DNA from: Rhina ancylostomus | Taxonomy: Eukaryota | NCBI GenBank assembly: GCA_030265395.1 | Contig: JARFYF010000094.1 | Coordinates: 72,675,328-72,739,327 of the forward strand | Direction: 5' to 3' | Length of the DNA: 64,000 bases | Shown: piece after piece, positions 26,290 to 38,695 of the stretch | Position numbering within the stretch: position 1 is the first letter of the stretch | How the letters are laid out: each line of letters begins with the position of its first letter | Made by a program: the position numbers and the translations under genes | The notes under the pieces: generated by a model | Told to the model about the DNA's origin: nothing | Seen by the model: only the letters and a program-made list of their open reading frames with translations | Database searches by the model: none

Positions 26290-26900
26290 CCTGCCATCGT
26301 GCCTCTGCTGAGATATACAACGTAATGCTCACTGCTGCATTACTAACATCAAGGAAAGCTCAACCATGATGGTGAAGACCTTTCAGTTTCTGGTTAATGC
26401 AATGTTTGCAATCAGAGCTGGCAGAGCATGAGGTTGCATTGTAAGGTTCCCCAAAATGCAGGCACACAGAGTGTGTCATCGTGCCCTTTTAGCTGCTGCT
26501 CTGGCAGCTTCCCAGAAAAAGTGCCCTAACACAAGGAAGATACGAGCACATTCTGTTATGCAGTAGTTCTGTACAGGTTCCTCTATCAACCTCCATCCCA
26601 TCATTGCATAATTTTTAAAGCTTTTCAGCAGTACAGTGCTTGTAATGTGGTGTGACCATTTGAGAACTGCTTCATGAGGTTCACCCTATAACAATACTTG
26701 CTGGTAGCTTTAGAAATTCCACCACTAAAGCTCACTGTTCTTGAAATAGAGAGGAGTTACATGAGGGCTATTGCCATTTTTGAACAAGTACAAACAAATT
26801 TTGCAAACTTTTGAGAGTTTCTCAAAACACCAGCTTGGTGGTTGCTAACACCAGTATACAGAATAACCCTTGTTATAATGCCAATACCATTTGTGGAATG
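26290..26900 (+). mobile_element. Degenerate Harbinger (HARBI1-like) transposase relic
   Basis: Ordered remnants: ggttccccaaaatgcagg (GFP.xQG), gtgtgaccat (VCDH), ttttgagagtttctcaaa (FG.LK-like) and ggtggt...cagtat (GG..QY). Confidence 0.4.
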
Positions 26901-27529
26901 TTGGTGTATGCGTATTAGCTACACTGTTTTTCATACATTAAAACAGTAAAAACTAAAAGGTACTTCGATGGGGATAAAATATTTTAGGTGTCCTGAAGTC
27001 ATGAAAGGCACTAGATGTACCCCAGTGCCAAAATGGTTGTCACCAAAAAAAAGGAGTAATTGGGACAGCTTGCTGAGCATGCATCTGCCATCTCTCCAGA
27101 TAGCAACCTGGTACAAAGCAGGTCAGCATTAATTCAGATCTCTCCTTGCGATAGCCGCACAGGTTGCCATGGAGACGAAGGGAATATGGTGGAAGGGAAG
27201 GTGGAAAAAGAGGGGGCAAGAGAAAATCAAGGGGATTAGGGGAATATTAGGACAGGGAAGGGTGTATTGACAATGTTGAGTAATGGAGTCCCCATTGCCA
27301 CAGAGCAGTGTGATTTGGCCTCGTGCTGCACTTGGGCTGCTGCCACAGTGATCGTTGGATCTAAGGCAGAGGTGCTCCTCTCTTAATCAGTCCAGCCCTT
27401 CTGCAAAAGAGCAGCACTTGTTAATTAATATAATGGAGTCTGGCAACACAAAATTGATATCCTGACATATGGTTCCTAACCTTCTGCATGAGATTGTACC
27501 AGTTATACTGTGAGAAAACAATACAGGTA

Positions 27530-27625
27530 AATAAAAACAAAAATTGCTGGAAACATTCAGCAGGTCAGGCCACATCTGTTTCCAGTATCTTTAACATTTC
27601 ATCTTCAGCATCTGCAGTTTTTTTA
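27530..27625. repeat. Short inverted-arm repeat (Penelope-like terminal-repeat family)
   Basis: aaaacaaaaattgctggaaacattcagcaggtcaggccacatctg joined directly to tttccagtatc...cagcatctgcagtttttt. Confidence 0.55.
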
Positions 27626-28496
27626 ATTACAATAACAAAGCTAATAGGTTACAACCTCTTGATCCAAACTCTATTGGTAAGTCACAAATGTTTTTAATGC
27701 GAGTGAAATGTGATAGGGAAATGACACCAGAGTTGGGGTGAATTGCAACAGAAAATGCCTGCTCCAATTTCCTGAAAGATAGGACTAACATCAGAAATGG
27801 TGTAATACTTCCAAATATCCACAAAAGCATTTTTATGCGTGATTTACACTTAAAGAACCATTTCATTTCTAATCCAATTACTAAGCAAGTTTCTACAATG
27901 TTGAAAGAAATAAGCTGAAAGGTCCTATCCTGTCATTGAAGGAAGAAAATCCACCAAATACTTTCATAATAAGATATTTTCATACAATTTATATGTAAAC
28001 ATGGTTTGAATTACATTGTACTTGCATCCAACCTGAATTTCTCTCTTTGTAAGTTTCAATTCTGGTAAATTGACTAGCTTGCCTAAAGTGGCAGTAGCAT
28101 AACCAATCACGTGCAATGGCTGATCTTTTCCATAATACTTAAAGGGCAGGTAACAATGATATCAATTCTCTAATATGGGAATGTATAACCATACTAATTT
28201 TTCCTCTTCAATATTTAGAAAAATAGTGAACAACTACATAGAAAAGCTTCTGTTTCCTTATTTCACACATCTATTCCAATTAATAAAAAGTGTGTTAAGT
28301 CAAAATCTTAAAACAATAGAATCAGTGACTTGAGAGGCAAAGTTTTTTCAAATACTTTGGATTTTGCAATTTCTATAGCTGGTAGAAACTCTTTTCCCTA
28401 ATGTAGTCTTGACTGAAATAATTTAATTATTCCATGGTAACTTCCTCTGATTTCGGTTGTGATCTCTGTATTTTACTGAAGGTGTCTATTTTTTGC

Positions 28497-28645
28497 AAAA
28501 ATACTGCTGATGATGGAAATCTGATGTAAAATTTGAAAATGGTGCAGATACTCAGCAGGTTAGACAGTATCTGTGGAATGAGAAAGAGCTTCAGATGGCA
28601 ATCTTTCACTGAAGTATCAGAATAGCATTTTCTGTTTTTGTTTGT
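28497..28645. repeat. Inverted-arm repeat, same family as 27530
   Basis: tactgctgatgatggaaatctga...atactcagcaggttagacagtatctgtgg...agcattttctgtttttg. Confidence 0.55.
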
Positions 28646-28669
28646 ATTGTACAATAGAGAGTATAAGTA

Positions 28670-28770
28670 TTATCTTTCCTCTTTGATGGATATGAAAGAT
28701 CCCAAGCTAATATTTGAAAAGAAGCAGAGTTCTCTCTCTACTTTAGCCAATATTTATCTCACAACTAGAA
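28670..28770 (+). mobile_element. Deu-domain SINE central fragment
   Basis: tggatatgaaagatcccaagctaatatttgaaaagaagcagagttctc...gccaatatttatctcacaac matches the Deu core (ggacgtaaaagatcccatggcactatttgaagaagagcag...gccaatatttatccctcaac) as I remember it. Confidence 0.6.
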
Positions 28771-31189
28771 TACACAGTGTTGCACTAGCCTATGATTTAT
28801 ATTGGCATTTTATAGAAATATCCACAACTCTGGCTATTGTTCTGAGAAAACTCCAAATGAATGGTGCTTCTTGTCTCTAACCCATACACCTGCTCCCACT
28901 GCTTTGACTGTCTATCAGGCATTTGAGGTTCTGTCCTTAGTTTCAGCTGATCAGCCACTCATTCCATGCAGGTGTTTCCTTGTGACTGGTTGCACTGCAG
29001 CTGGAATTATAGCTTGCCACACATCTCATAATTATGATGCAACAGAACACCCTTGGGACCCTGCCGCAGAAGGAAGGACATGTTAAACAGAGACACTGAA
29101 GGCCGAATTAGAATTTTAAAAAGGCCAAGCCAAAGCAATAGAGAATTGCAAGGCAGTCACAAATCCGAATTCACAAATAAACAATACCTAGTGTACACAG
29201 TATGCTTAAACATTCAGAAAAGCAGCAGTACCTGTTGGGAAAGGAAAATGCCAGTGTCAAATATAGCCTTTCATGTCTATAGTGCAGATACTACATATAA
29301 GAATCAATATTGCCAGGTTTGATAGGAAGGTAAGAAACAGACGAGTAGACAGAATGAATTGTTCATTTGATTAGGAAAGAAAAAAAATGACTGTCAGAAC
29401 TGAACATTAGTCAAAACAACTCTTGAAATAGAAAGTGTGGAAAACTGATGAGCCTTCTTTTAAATTGTCTGCTATATTTAGTCCCAGCAATACAAGGAAT
29501 TAAAAAGAATTTAAAAAAAATTGTTCCTGGAGCTTTTGATTTGCAGCTCCATATTGAAATCCCAGTGGATACGTACCACCTATTTCTGGTCATTGGATAG
29601 TAAAGATCCAATCCAGATTTCCATGTATTCATATTGTAGAATCATTAATGAGAACTGAAGGAATGTGTCCAACTAAGATTCTAACCTTCTTCAGAGATGC
29701 TGGCTATTTGTAGCATGTATTTGTTCATGCCTTAACTTTATCATTTTTTGAGGTTATGAACAATCTTAAAGTGGCTTTAGAAAAGTAGATTTCAAATGTT
29801 TTTTGTTTCTTGACTGGCTGCAAATGACGTTCTTCACCCAGAGCAACATATAATATTATTTAATGACAAAAGGACTTCCTGTTTTAAAAAGAATTAATAG
29901 CAATTTGTTCCAGAATACAAAATTGATAAAAAGTAGTTTATTAATTACCTTTTTCTTCTGTCTTTGCTATTTAAAATTTTGTGCATTGTTACTGCACTAC
30001 TTCTGTCTTAATTGTTTTCCATCCATCTATGCAACAAACAAACGAATGACTAGACAAAAGTGTTAACTATAATCTGCTTGAAAATCAAATTATTTGACCT
30101 CTAAACCCTACAAAATACACTCCTGCTGGTTTGCTGTTAAATATTCAGAACCATCATGTCATGAATACAAATAGAGGACAAATTAGAATCTACAAGCGAC
30201 TGACCCAGGCATTAGATTAGAGGCTAGGGGTTTGTGCTGCTTTAAATCTTTTAATTACCACAGTCCTCACTGCCAGCTGAAGGACGCATGAAAATTTAGA
30301 GAATGTTGATAAAACAGCAAGTTTTTCAGCAAAAATATAGAATAAGATGTGGGCCGAATAGAAATGCTTTAATTCAAGTTATAAAATAACTCATTAATCA
30401 TTTATGATTGAAGTTGCATGCACTTCACAAGTAATATATATTTTTTGGAAAATTATCAACACATCCAATGAATCTGCAAAATAGAAAATGCCTAGAGTCC
30501 CAACATATTTAGGTGGTTATGCTAAATAATTTTTTGTCATTAATAAGTTGTCTATCATGCAACTAAAGACTTTCTGTAAAGCATAATAATGTGGTTCTGT
30601 GTTAGAATGTTTTTAGTACTAATCCATTTTAAATAATATTTGATCCTGCGTTACTGCTGCATTAGTACATTATAAGGGCCTGCTTGGAAATGTTCTGAAT
30701 ATGTAATAAATATTTGAAATAATCATGTGCAGCAAGTTACAGTCTCAAAAGTAGCAATTGTTGCTTGAATTGTACTTGAAGAGTGTGACATTAGACCTAC
30801 TGAGTAAAAAATTTATATTCACTTGTGATTTGATAATATTATGCTGCCTTAAAAACCTCTGGAAAGTTCCTACTGTCCAATAATTTACACTAGTTACTTG
30901 CACATGTATGCTTCTATAATAAGTAAACGCACTTGAAAAATAATTTATTGTATTAAGATACTGACATGTTTCAGTGTAGTAAGGTCCCATTTGATGCATT
31001 TATGATTTTTATTATTGGGCTGGCCCTTTGAATTTTCTGTGTCCTTTGTAGCCTTTTGTGACTTGTACAGATTTTATAGTTTTCATTAATTGCTATGAAA
31101 TTATAAAATATCTTTCGTGTTATAAATATATGTGTGTATGAATATTGCATATTCCAATTAGTTGACTAGCAGCTACAAGTACCTAATAG

Positions 31190-31430
31190 GGTCTTGCATT
31201 CTAAGAATGTCATTCGACCTTGACAGTGATACTGCGAGCAACTGCGCTATCTACTAATGGCTGTAGTGCGGATTTCAGTGTTCTATTCTAGTATGGAGAC
31301 CTCATGCTGATTAATGCCCCGTTTATTATTGAAAAGGGTGTCAAATTTGCTTTTAAACCCTTTGTCCTTGTACCTGTCAGCTTGTGCTATCATCAGTTTA
31401 TATTGCTGATGACTTTTGGAGCTGGTGGCT
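31190..31430. promoter_or_regulatory. Candidate conserved non-coding element or enhancer
   Basis: Five CpGs are retained in ~110 bp of otherwise CpG-poor DNA. Motifs: TGACAG 31221, TGATTAAT 31308, CTGTCA 31374. Confidence 0.42.
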
Positions 31431-34359
31431 TTGAGGTACCATGACTGTGTGATCTGCTTATACTGTCCCTCAGTATAATTCCTTCTCCTTCACTTAGGTA
31501 CTGCGCAGGAAACATAAAATAAAAACTGCTGCTGGAAGTAAAATGCTGAATACAAGGATATTCAACAGTGGTTAAATACAACCACTGTTAAAGATATTGT
31601 TTCCACAGACATTATTTTATGCACATTTTAATTTCTGACAGGTCAAACTTCTGTGTAGAAGTGAAAGTTTGTAAATAATGCAATGTTTTTAGTCACGTAG
31701 CACTTCCGAGTGATAGCCAAGCATTGGTTAATGACCAGAAGGCCCCCAGCTCTAAGTCCGTTGGGACTGAGACCTACAATTTAGATTGAGTCTCAATCTG
31801 CCTGGAGTTCAAGTATACCGGCTGATTTTGAGTTATCTGCGTCTGAATAAATTAGCATGCAAATTCAGTACCCTTGTGGAATACTGAATGTAGCACTTGA
31901 CCACTATCAACTATATTGTAAGTTATCATCTGTCTGTCATTTACTATGAAGGAATTAGTTAAGTAAATCAACTAACAGTACTATTATCAAAGTTACTTTC
32001 AACCTGTATTCCTGTGTGGGTACGTTGTAGCAATCTGACCTCTCGATGAAATACAGCAAATGGGTAACAGTTCTGAAATAATATTTTTATTGTTTTGCTA
32101 AATCATTTTTTCGAATTTCTTCGGCATAAAAATAAAAGAAAAATCAAATGAATGGTGACTCATTTATTATGAGGAGGTGAAACAGACCAATCCAAAGCAA
32201 TTTGCCCATCAGTTTTCACTAATTACAAAAATCCATTGCTGCTCAGCATCACCCCCTAATGGCACAATGAAAAGCATGCTCTTTGCAGATTAAATTATGT
32301 GCTCATTCCTTAATTCCACTGCCACATGGCACAGGATTATTAAAAGTTCAATGCTGTGCAATGGCACTTCAAGACGTACTCTGTTTTAAAAAGAATTACT
32401 GTTGAGAACATGTTTATTTTATTGACTGAAATGCCAACCAAACATATTGGCCGCATTTATCAAAAGATTTTAAGTAAATGAGTTGTACTGCACAAGCCTT
32501 CTGGAAAAAAAGAAATTCAAGCAAAAATATGTTTACAATCTATTTCCGCAATAACCCCTAACAGAACTGTGGAAAACTTCCACTTAATATTTTTTAAAGC
32601 TCCTTTTATCTTTTAAATTGATGTTTACAAAGAAGGAGGTAGTGCATCTGTGGTGGATTGATTAGTTATGCCTGGTTTGTTACCAGCAAATCAGGGTTAT
32701 GCACTCTTGGGAAATAAATTTGGCAGAAAATCAGCATGAGAAGATTTAATTATCACTTNNNNNNNNNNTCCCTTGTCCAAACCAGTGATCCTGAAACTGT
32801 CAGTGTTGCAGGGAAATCTGTGTAGACACCAAGCTTCGTTTCCCAATTTGTCCCTCCACATGATGATAAGCCAAGCAATTACAGGTTTATTGATTTTTCA
32901 TCATGGCAAATTTTAAGTTGATATTTTCTTGAAAAGGCTAGGGTGATTAAGTGTTTCCCCTTGCTTTAGTACAAGAGAGAACTATAGCAGAATCTAATAT
33001 TCAGAGGTTGACCTTTCCAGGCAGATAATGTGGTGTTTTGCCCATGTGTTAAATAGACGATTCGGGGTACAAATGTGATAGGGTATCTGTGGAGACAGTT
33101 TAATTTGCTCTATTTATATGAACAAGTCATATGGCACATGGTTTGAAGCATCAGTTGAATGAGCTTGAAAGTAAAGCCCACGTGGCCTGGAAATGTGAAT
33201 GAGTACAGCCACTGTCTAATAGGGTTAGTGTCATAAAGAAAAGCATTGACCAGAATCATGCTGTGGTAAGTGTATGTACTAGAAATATTTCTTTATTAAG
33301 GAGAGGGAAGTGAGTTATAACATGACAAATTAATTAATTGAAAAGCTATTTTTTTTCTGATTTCTGAAAATCAAATTTTTTGCAATTAAACAATATAATA
33401 AGAACTGTAAGATTAAAAAGAAAGAATCGAATACCATCAATATAGATTATCTCACTTAACCAATGGGATTGTAATTAATAGCATATATTTTAAATGTTCT
33501 TCATTTAATTTATCCTGTTGACAGTAAAACCAAAATGAAAACAATTTAATTGCATTGCTAATATAATTTTTTTAATCTTTCTGCTCTCAGGTTGATTTTT
33601 GACTTTGTTCCGTTAATGTGTAGCTTGAAAAAACAACTTATTTTGCAAGGCTTTAAGAAAAGAAACAAAATTAAAACCAGCTGAGAAGTGCAGTCAATTT
33701 TGATGTTTATTTAACTGTAATTATTTGAAAAGGGATATATTATATATCATTTGCTGATGCTGAACAAATAACTAACTATATTCTCATTTACTAAGAAGTA
33801 ATCAAATTAATTACTGGAAAAGTTAACCTGATCTTCACCAATCAATATTCCCCTCTGACTCCCACATTTCCCTCATACAAGGCTCAGCTGCTGCTGTTAC
33901 TGCTGAATTCTTTCACATCACTTGATCCAGTGCATTCTGTCACATATCAGCCTCCTGCACTGTGTCAAGTGTCGTGTAATAGTTGCTCTCAGCTTGTTCT
34001 CAACCATTGTTTACTTGTCTGTACATCTTGGTCCATGCCATGCATGCAAACATGAATATGTTCTTGATTCACCTGACCTTAATTAATCTGGCTATTCCTA
34101 GGTACCAATACAATGGCATAAGCCAAGGCCCAAAAGCTAAGAAATAAGCTGTCCAGCATTAGATGCCACGCCCCACTGCTCATGAATTACCCCAAGAGCA
34201 GCCTTGCATTAGACTGGTGCCTTTATTTTACTCTCACATCGAGAAGTTGGTGCAAGGTCACCAATCAAACCTTAGCAGTTCATGAGGCACAACTGCTCCC
34301 TCAAGGCTGTGTTAAAGAGAGTTGATCCAGGACAAATATAACTTGCAAGGGAAGGTGCA

Positions 34360-35160
34360 GGTTTGATTTCCTTTGTGCTCGATACCTTTGCTATCTAGGT
34401 AGTAGAGAATGCAGTTTTGGGAAGTCTTGTCAAAGAATCTGCAATTAGTTATAGCAGTACATTTTGTACATGGTGAAACTATAGCTGCAGTGAAGTGGAA
34501 GTTTAGCATTGTGAATGGGATGCCAATCAAGCATGTTACTTGAATGTTATTGAAGTTGGACTCATCCAGACAGGTAGAGATAATTTTAATACACTCCTAG
34601 TTTGTGCCTTGTAGCTGATGGAATAAGGATCACAGGAGAATCACTTGCTGGAGAATATACAGCTTGAGACCTGCTGTGACCCATTCATTTGGCAAAGTAA
34701 GCATTCTGAACAATGATGACCTGCCCACACCCTCTCCAATTAGGATGTTGATGTGTGGGGTTTGTTCATACCACTGGACACCAGGCTCAAGGACAGCTTC
34801 TATCCCACTGTTATGAGACTATTGAATGGTTTCCTAGTATGATAGGATAGACTCTTGACCTCACAATCTACCTGTATGGATGGTATGCAAGACAAGTTTT
34901 TCACTGTAGCTCAGTACATGTGACAATAGTAAACCAATTTACCAAATTTAAATTTACCTTCTTGTCATTGTCTGATAACTAGAATGGTATGACTATTACT
35001 TGCTACTTTTTGGCCAAGCTTGAACATTGTTCACAATCTGCTGATTTATAATCTAATTTATTATCTGAGGATTTATGCATAGTGCTGAATCATCAGCAGA
35101 CATCTCCACATCTGATCTTATGGTGGGGAAAGGGCATTGATGAAGATAGTTTTAACTAAG
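34360..35160 (-). mobile_element. Antisense LINE relic, same family as 2.5-5.1 kb, interrupted
   Basis: It shares motifs with 2.5-5.1 kb, for example gtgctgaatcatcagcagacatctccacatctgatcttatggtggggaaagggcattgatgaag versus 4463-4535. Confidence 0.55.
34771..34945 (+). mobile_element. Rex1/Babar-like LINE 3' end with an internal deletion
   Basis: caccaggctcaaggacagcttctatccc (TRLKDSFYP)...gactcttgacctcacaatctacc|tgtatggatggtatgcaagacaagtttttcactgtagctcagtacatgtgacaatagtaaaccaattt. Confidence 0.65.
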
Positions 35161-35167
35161 GCTGTTG

Positions 35168-35473
35168 GAAGTGTATAAAATTATGAGGGGCATAGATAGG
35201 GTGGACACGCAATATCTCTTTCCCATTACTGAGCGATCCAAAACCAGAGGGCACACATTTAAGGTGAAGGGGGTAGGTTCAGAACAGACGTGAGGGGTAT
35301 ATTTTTTACTCAGAGAGTGGTGGATGCCTGGAATGCATTGCCTGATAAGGTGGTGGAGGCAAACTCATTGGGGGCTTTTAAGAGGGGCTTGGATTGGCAC
35401 ATGAATGAGAGGAAAATAGAGGGATATNNNNNNNNNNGGCCAAAGGGCCTGTTCTGTGTAGTACTGTTCTATG
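35168..35473 (+). mobile_element. 5'-truncated CR1 3' end, relatively well preserved
   Basis: Reads EVYKIMRGIDRVD...TRGHTFKVKGGRFRTDVRGIFFTQRVVDAWNALPDKVVEANSLGAFKRGLDWHM, with tail gggcctgttctgtgtagtactgttctatgt. Confidence 0.9.
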
Positions 35474-36518
35474 TAAGGCTCTTCCCTGAGAGACTCCGAA
35501 AGTAATGTTCTGGGGCTGAAGCAATTGGCCTCCAGTCAATCCTCAAATGATGCTATGAACCTTGGGGGAAAATCTCACCTTTGGAATTCAGTTCTTTTTA
35601 CCCCAAAGCTGCAGTGAGGAGAGAAGTTTTCTTGGCATTGATCAGGAGGTTTTTGGGGAAGAAACATCTTCCATCACAGCAAATGATTGAAAGTAAATTA
35701 GTGGGTGGCATTTTGGTAGATTGATTTATGCTGCATTTGTCGATAGGGCACAGATCAAATAAGGTGACACCCATAATGGCATTCTTTCCCACAACAGTAA
35801 TGTCAATTATTTTGCTTCTACATGCTAAAAAGCACTACACACTAAAAAGCAAATCCCCAAATAACTGATGTAATAATACATTTATCAGAGTAATGACTAA
35901 TGAATGAATGACATTCAATCTTGATATCACAAGCAATGTGTAAACAGAATACGTTATCATGAATGAATCACGTCTTTGATTGAAGTGAATAACCAGAGAC
36001 CATTGTTACACCTTGTCAATTGTATCAGCTTCTGTTGTGGTCGGGCATGTTATAAATCCATGACAGATCATTAAAAAGTATCATTTAAAATCTTATTTAC
36101 ATTTGCTGTGCAGACAGAAAAGATGCCTTTTCCACCAATAAAAAAAATGTCCACTGCACTCATTTAGGGTTAATGGAAGTATTTTTGCAGTTATGTTTTT
36201 AAAACATTGAAGTTCCTTGTTACTGATGCTGCTAAGAATCATTGATCAGATTAGAAGTTTCTAACTTTTTGTACATTAATATTCACTATTTCTTGTAAAA
36301 ATTGTGTAAAATTGTCCATTTGAGTATATCCATCACAGAATAATGAATTTGTTTTGACTAAATATTTCTGTAATTTTCATGTACACCCAATGTACATGTT
36401 AAGTTGAAGTTAAAGCCACATTGTCATAGACCCAGTGAGCTAAGATTTCTCTGCAAAGTTCAACAGAAAAGAGGACTGGAACGTAAACAGAATATTCGGG
36501 AAATATTCTGATACTCAG

Positions 36519-38230
36519 GTGATAGCTGAGGTTTTAAATGAATATTTCTCATCAGTATTTACTATGGAAAAGGTCATGAAAGCTAAGAAATTTAGGAAAG
36601 AGAACAGTGATGACCTGAAACATATCCACATTACAAAAGAGGAGGTGCTGGCAGTCTTAAAGCACATAAAGGTGGATAAATCTCTGGGGCCTGACCAATT
36701 GTATTTTTAGAACATTGACGGAAGCTAGGGAAGAAATTGATGTGGCCCTGGCAGAGATATTTGCATCATAATTAGCCACGAGTGATGTATCGGAAGACTG
36801 GAGGGTGACTAATGTTGTGCCTTTATTCAAGTTGGGCTGCAAGGGCAAGACAGAGAACTACAGTCCAGTGAGCCTAATTTCATTGATGGGAAAATTACAG
36901 GAGGGGATTCTGAGGGACAGGACATATACCTGCATTTGGAAAGGCTAGGACTGTTTAGGGATGATCAGCATGGCTTTTTTGAGTGGGAAAGTGTGTCTCT
37001 CGAATTTGATTGAGTTTTCTGAAGAGGTGACCAAGAGGACTGATGAGGGCAGGGTGGTATATATTGACAACATGAACTTTAGCAAGGCCTTTGACAATGT
37101 CCTGCATGGTAGGCTGGTCTGAAAGGTTAGAATGCATGGAATCCAGGGTGAGCTGGCCAACTGGATACAAAATTGGCTTGTTGGTAGGAGGCAGAGGGTG
37201 GTTGTGGAGGGGTTTTCATATTGGAGGCCTGTGACTGGTGGTGTACTGCAGGGGTCAGTGCTGGGTCTCCTGTTGTTTGTCATCTATATTAACAATTTGG
37301 ATGAGAATGTAGTAGACATGGTTAGTAAGTTTGCAGATGACACCAAAATTGGTGGTATAATGGACAGTGAAGATTATCTAAGATTACAACAGAATCTCAA
37401 TCAATTTAGAAAATATGCCACGAAACAGCAGATGGAATTTAACTCAGACAAGTGCGAAATGTTGCATTTTGGGAAGTTAAACAGAGCAGGACTTGCATAG
37501 TAAATGGCATGGTCCTGGAGAATGCTGTGGAACAGAGGACCCTTGGGGTACAAGGACATAGTTCCTTGGGATGTGGTGATGTAAGTAGACAGTGATGAAA
37601 AAGGCATATAACACACATACCTTCATCAGTCGGGGCGTTAAGAGAACAAGAGTTGGGATGTCATGATACAGCTGTACAAGATGTTGGTGAAACCGCACTT
37701 GGAGTATTATGTGCAGTTCTGGTTGCCTACCTATAGAAAGCATATCATTAAGCTGGAAAGGGTGTGGAAAAGACTCACAGGATGTTACCAGGACTGGAGT
37801 TATAATGAGAGACTGGATAGGCTGGGCCTTTCTTCCCTGGAGTGTAGGAGGCTGAGGGGTGATGTAATAGAGGTGTAAAATCACAAGGGGAATAGATTTG
37901 GTAAATGGTCACAATCTTTTTCCCAGGACAGGGGTGTTTAAAGGTAGAGGTCATAGTTTTAAGGTTAGAGGGAAAAGATTTAAAGGAGACCTGAGGAGCA
38001 ATTTTTTCACACAGAGGGCGATGAGTACATGGAACGAGCCATCAGAGGAAGCAGTTGAAGTGGGTACAATTACAGCATTTAAAAAACACTTAGGCAGATA
38101 CATAGATAGGATAGGTTAAGAGGGCTATAGGTCAAACGCAGGCAAATGGGACGAGCTCAGGTCAACACCTTGGTCAGCATGGACAAGTTGGACTGAAGGA
38201 CCTGTTTCTATGCTGTATATCTCTACGACA
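36519..38230 (+). mobile_element. 5'-truncated CR1 LINE (~1.7 kb: RT domain, 3' UTR and tail)
   Basis: ORFs 36519..36710 (AEVLNEYFSSVFT...VDKSLGPDQLY), 37132..37500 (VLQGSVLGLLLFVIYINNLDENVVDMVSKFADDTKIGG), 37663..37878 (LYKMLVKPHLEYYVQFW) and 37898..38119. Frameshifted, with tail ctgtttctatgctgtatatctctacgac. Confidence 0.95.
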
Positions 38231-38304
38231 ATAAGCCAGAGACATTTAGCAAGACGGGAAATTAATCTTTTCAGACAATAAACTTTTGTCTGAAGTGGGG
38301 AAGC

Positions 38305-38695
38305 TAAAATAAAACCAGAAAATGTGGAATATGCATTATCAGGTCCAACAGAAATTGTGGAAAAGAATCCCGTGAAGGTGCTGTAAAGATGGGGGAGAGC
38401 TGGTGAGAGGGCCTAATCTAAGATGGAGATAGTGACTTTGGTTTTACTTTGGAGAAAGAGTTGTTATTGATATTCAGAGTTCATCATTCAGTTAAGTATA
38501 TTTGAAATATACCATTCCTCCCACCACTTTCTCTACAACCTAAAATTATATTTTTTATCTCTCTGTCCCAGTTCTGGTGAAGGGTCTCCAACCTGAACTG
38601 TTAACTCTGTTTCAAGGTTTCTTGTCTGACTTGCTGTGTGTTTCCAGCATTTTCTATTTTTATTTCAGATTTCCACCATCTGCAGGTTTTTTTTG
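38305..38695. repeat. Inverted-arm repeat element (Penelope-like terminal-repeat family)
   Basis: The left arm aaaataaaaccagaaaatgtggaat...caggtcc is the reverse complement of the right arm gacttgctgtgtgtttccagcattttctatttttatttc. Confidence 0.6.

Noticed and set aside
36519-38230. RT ORFs as an active element, retron or other novel RT system
   Set aside because: This is an ordinary 5'-truncated CR1 ORF2 broken by frameshifts and stops.
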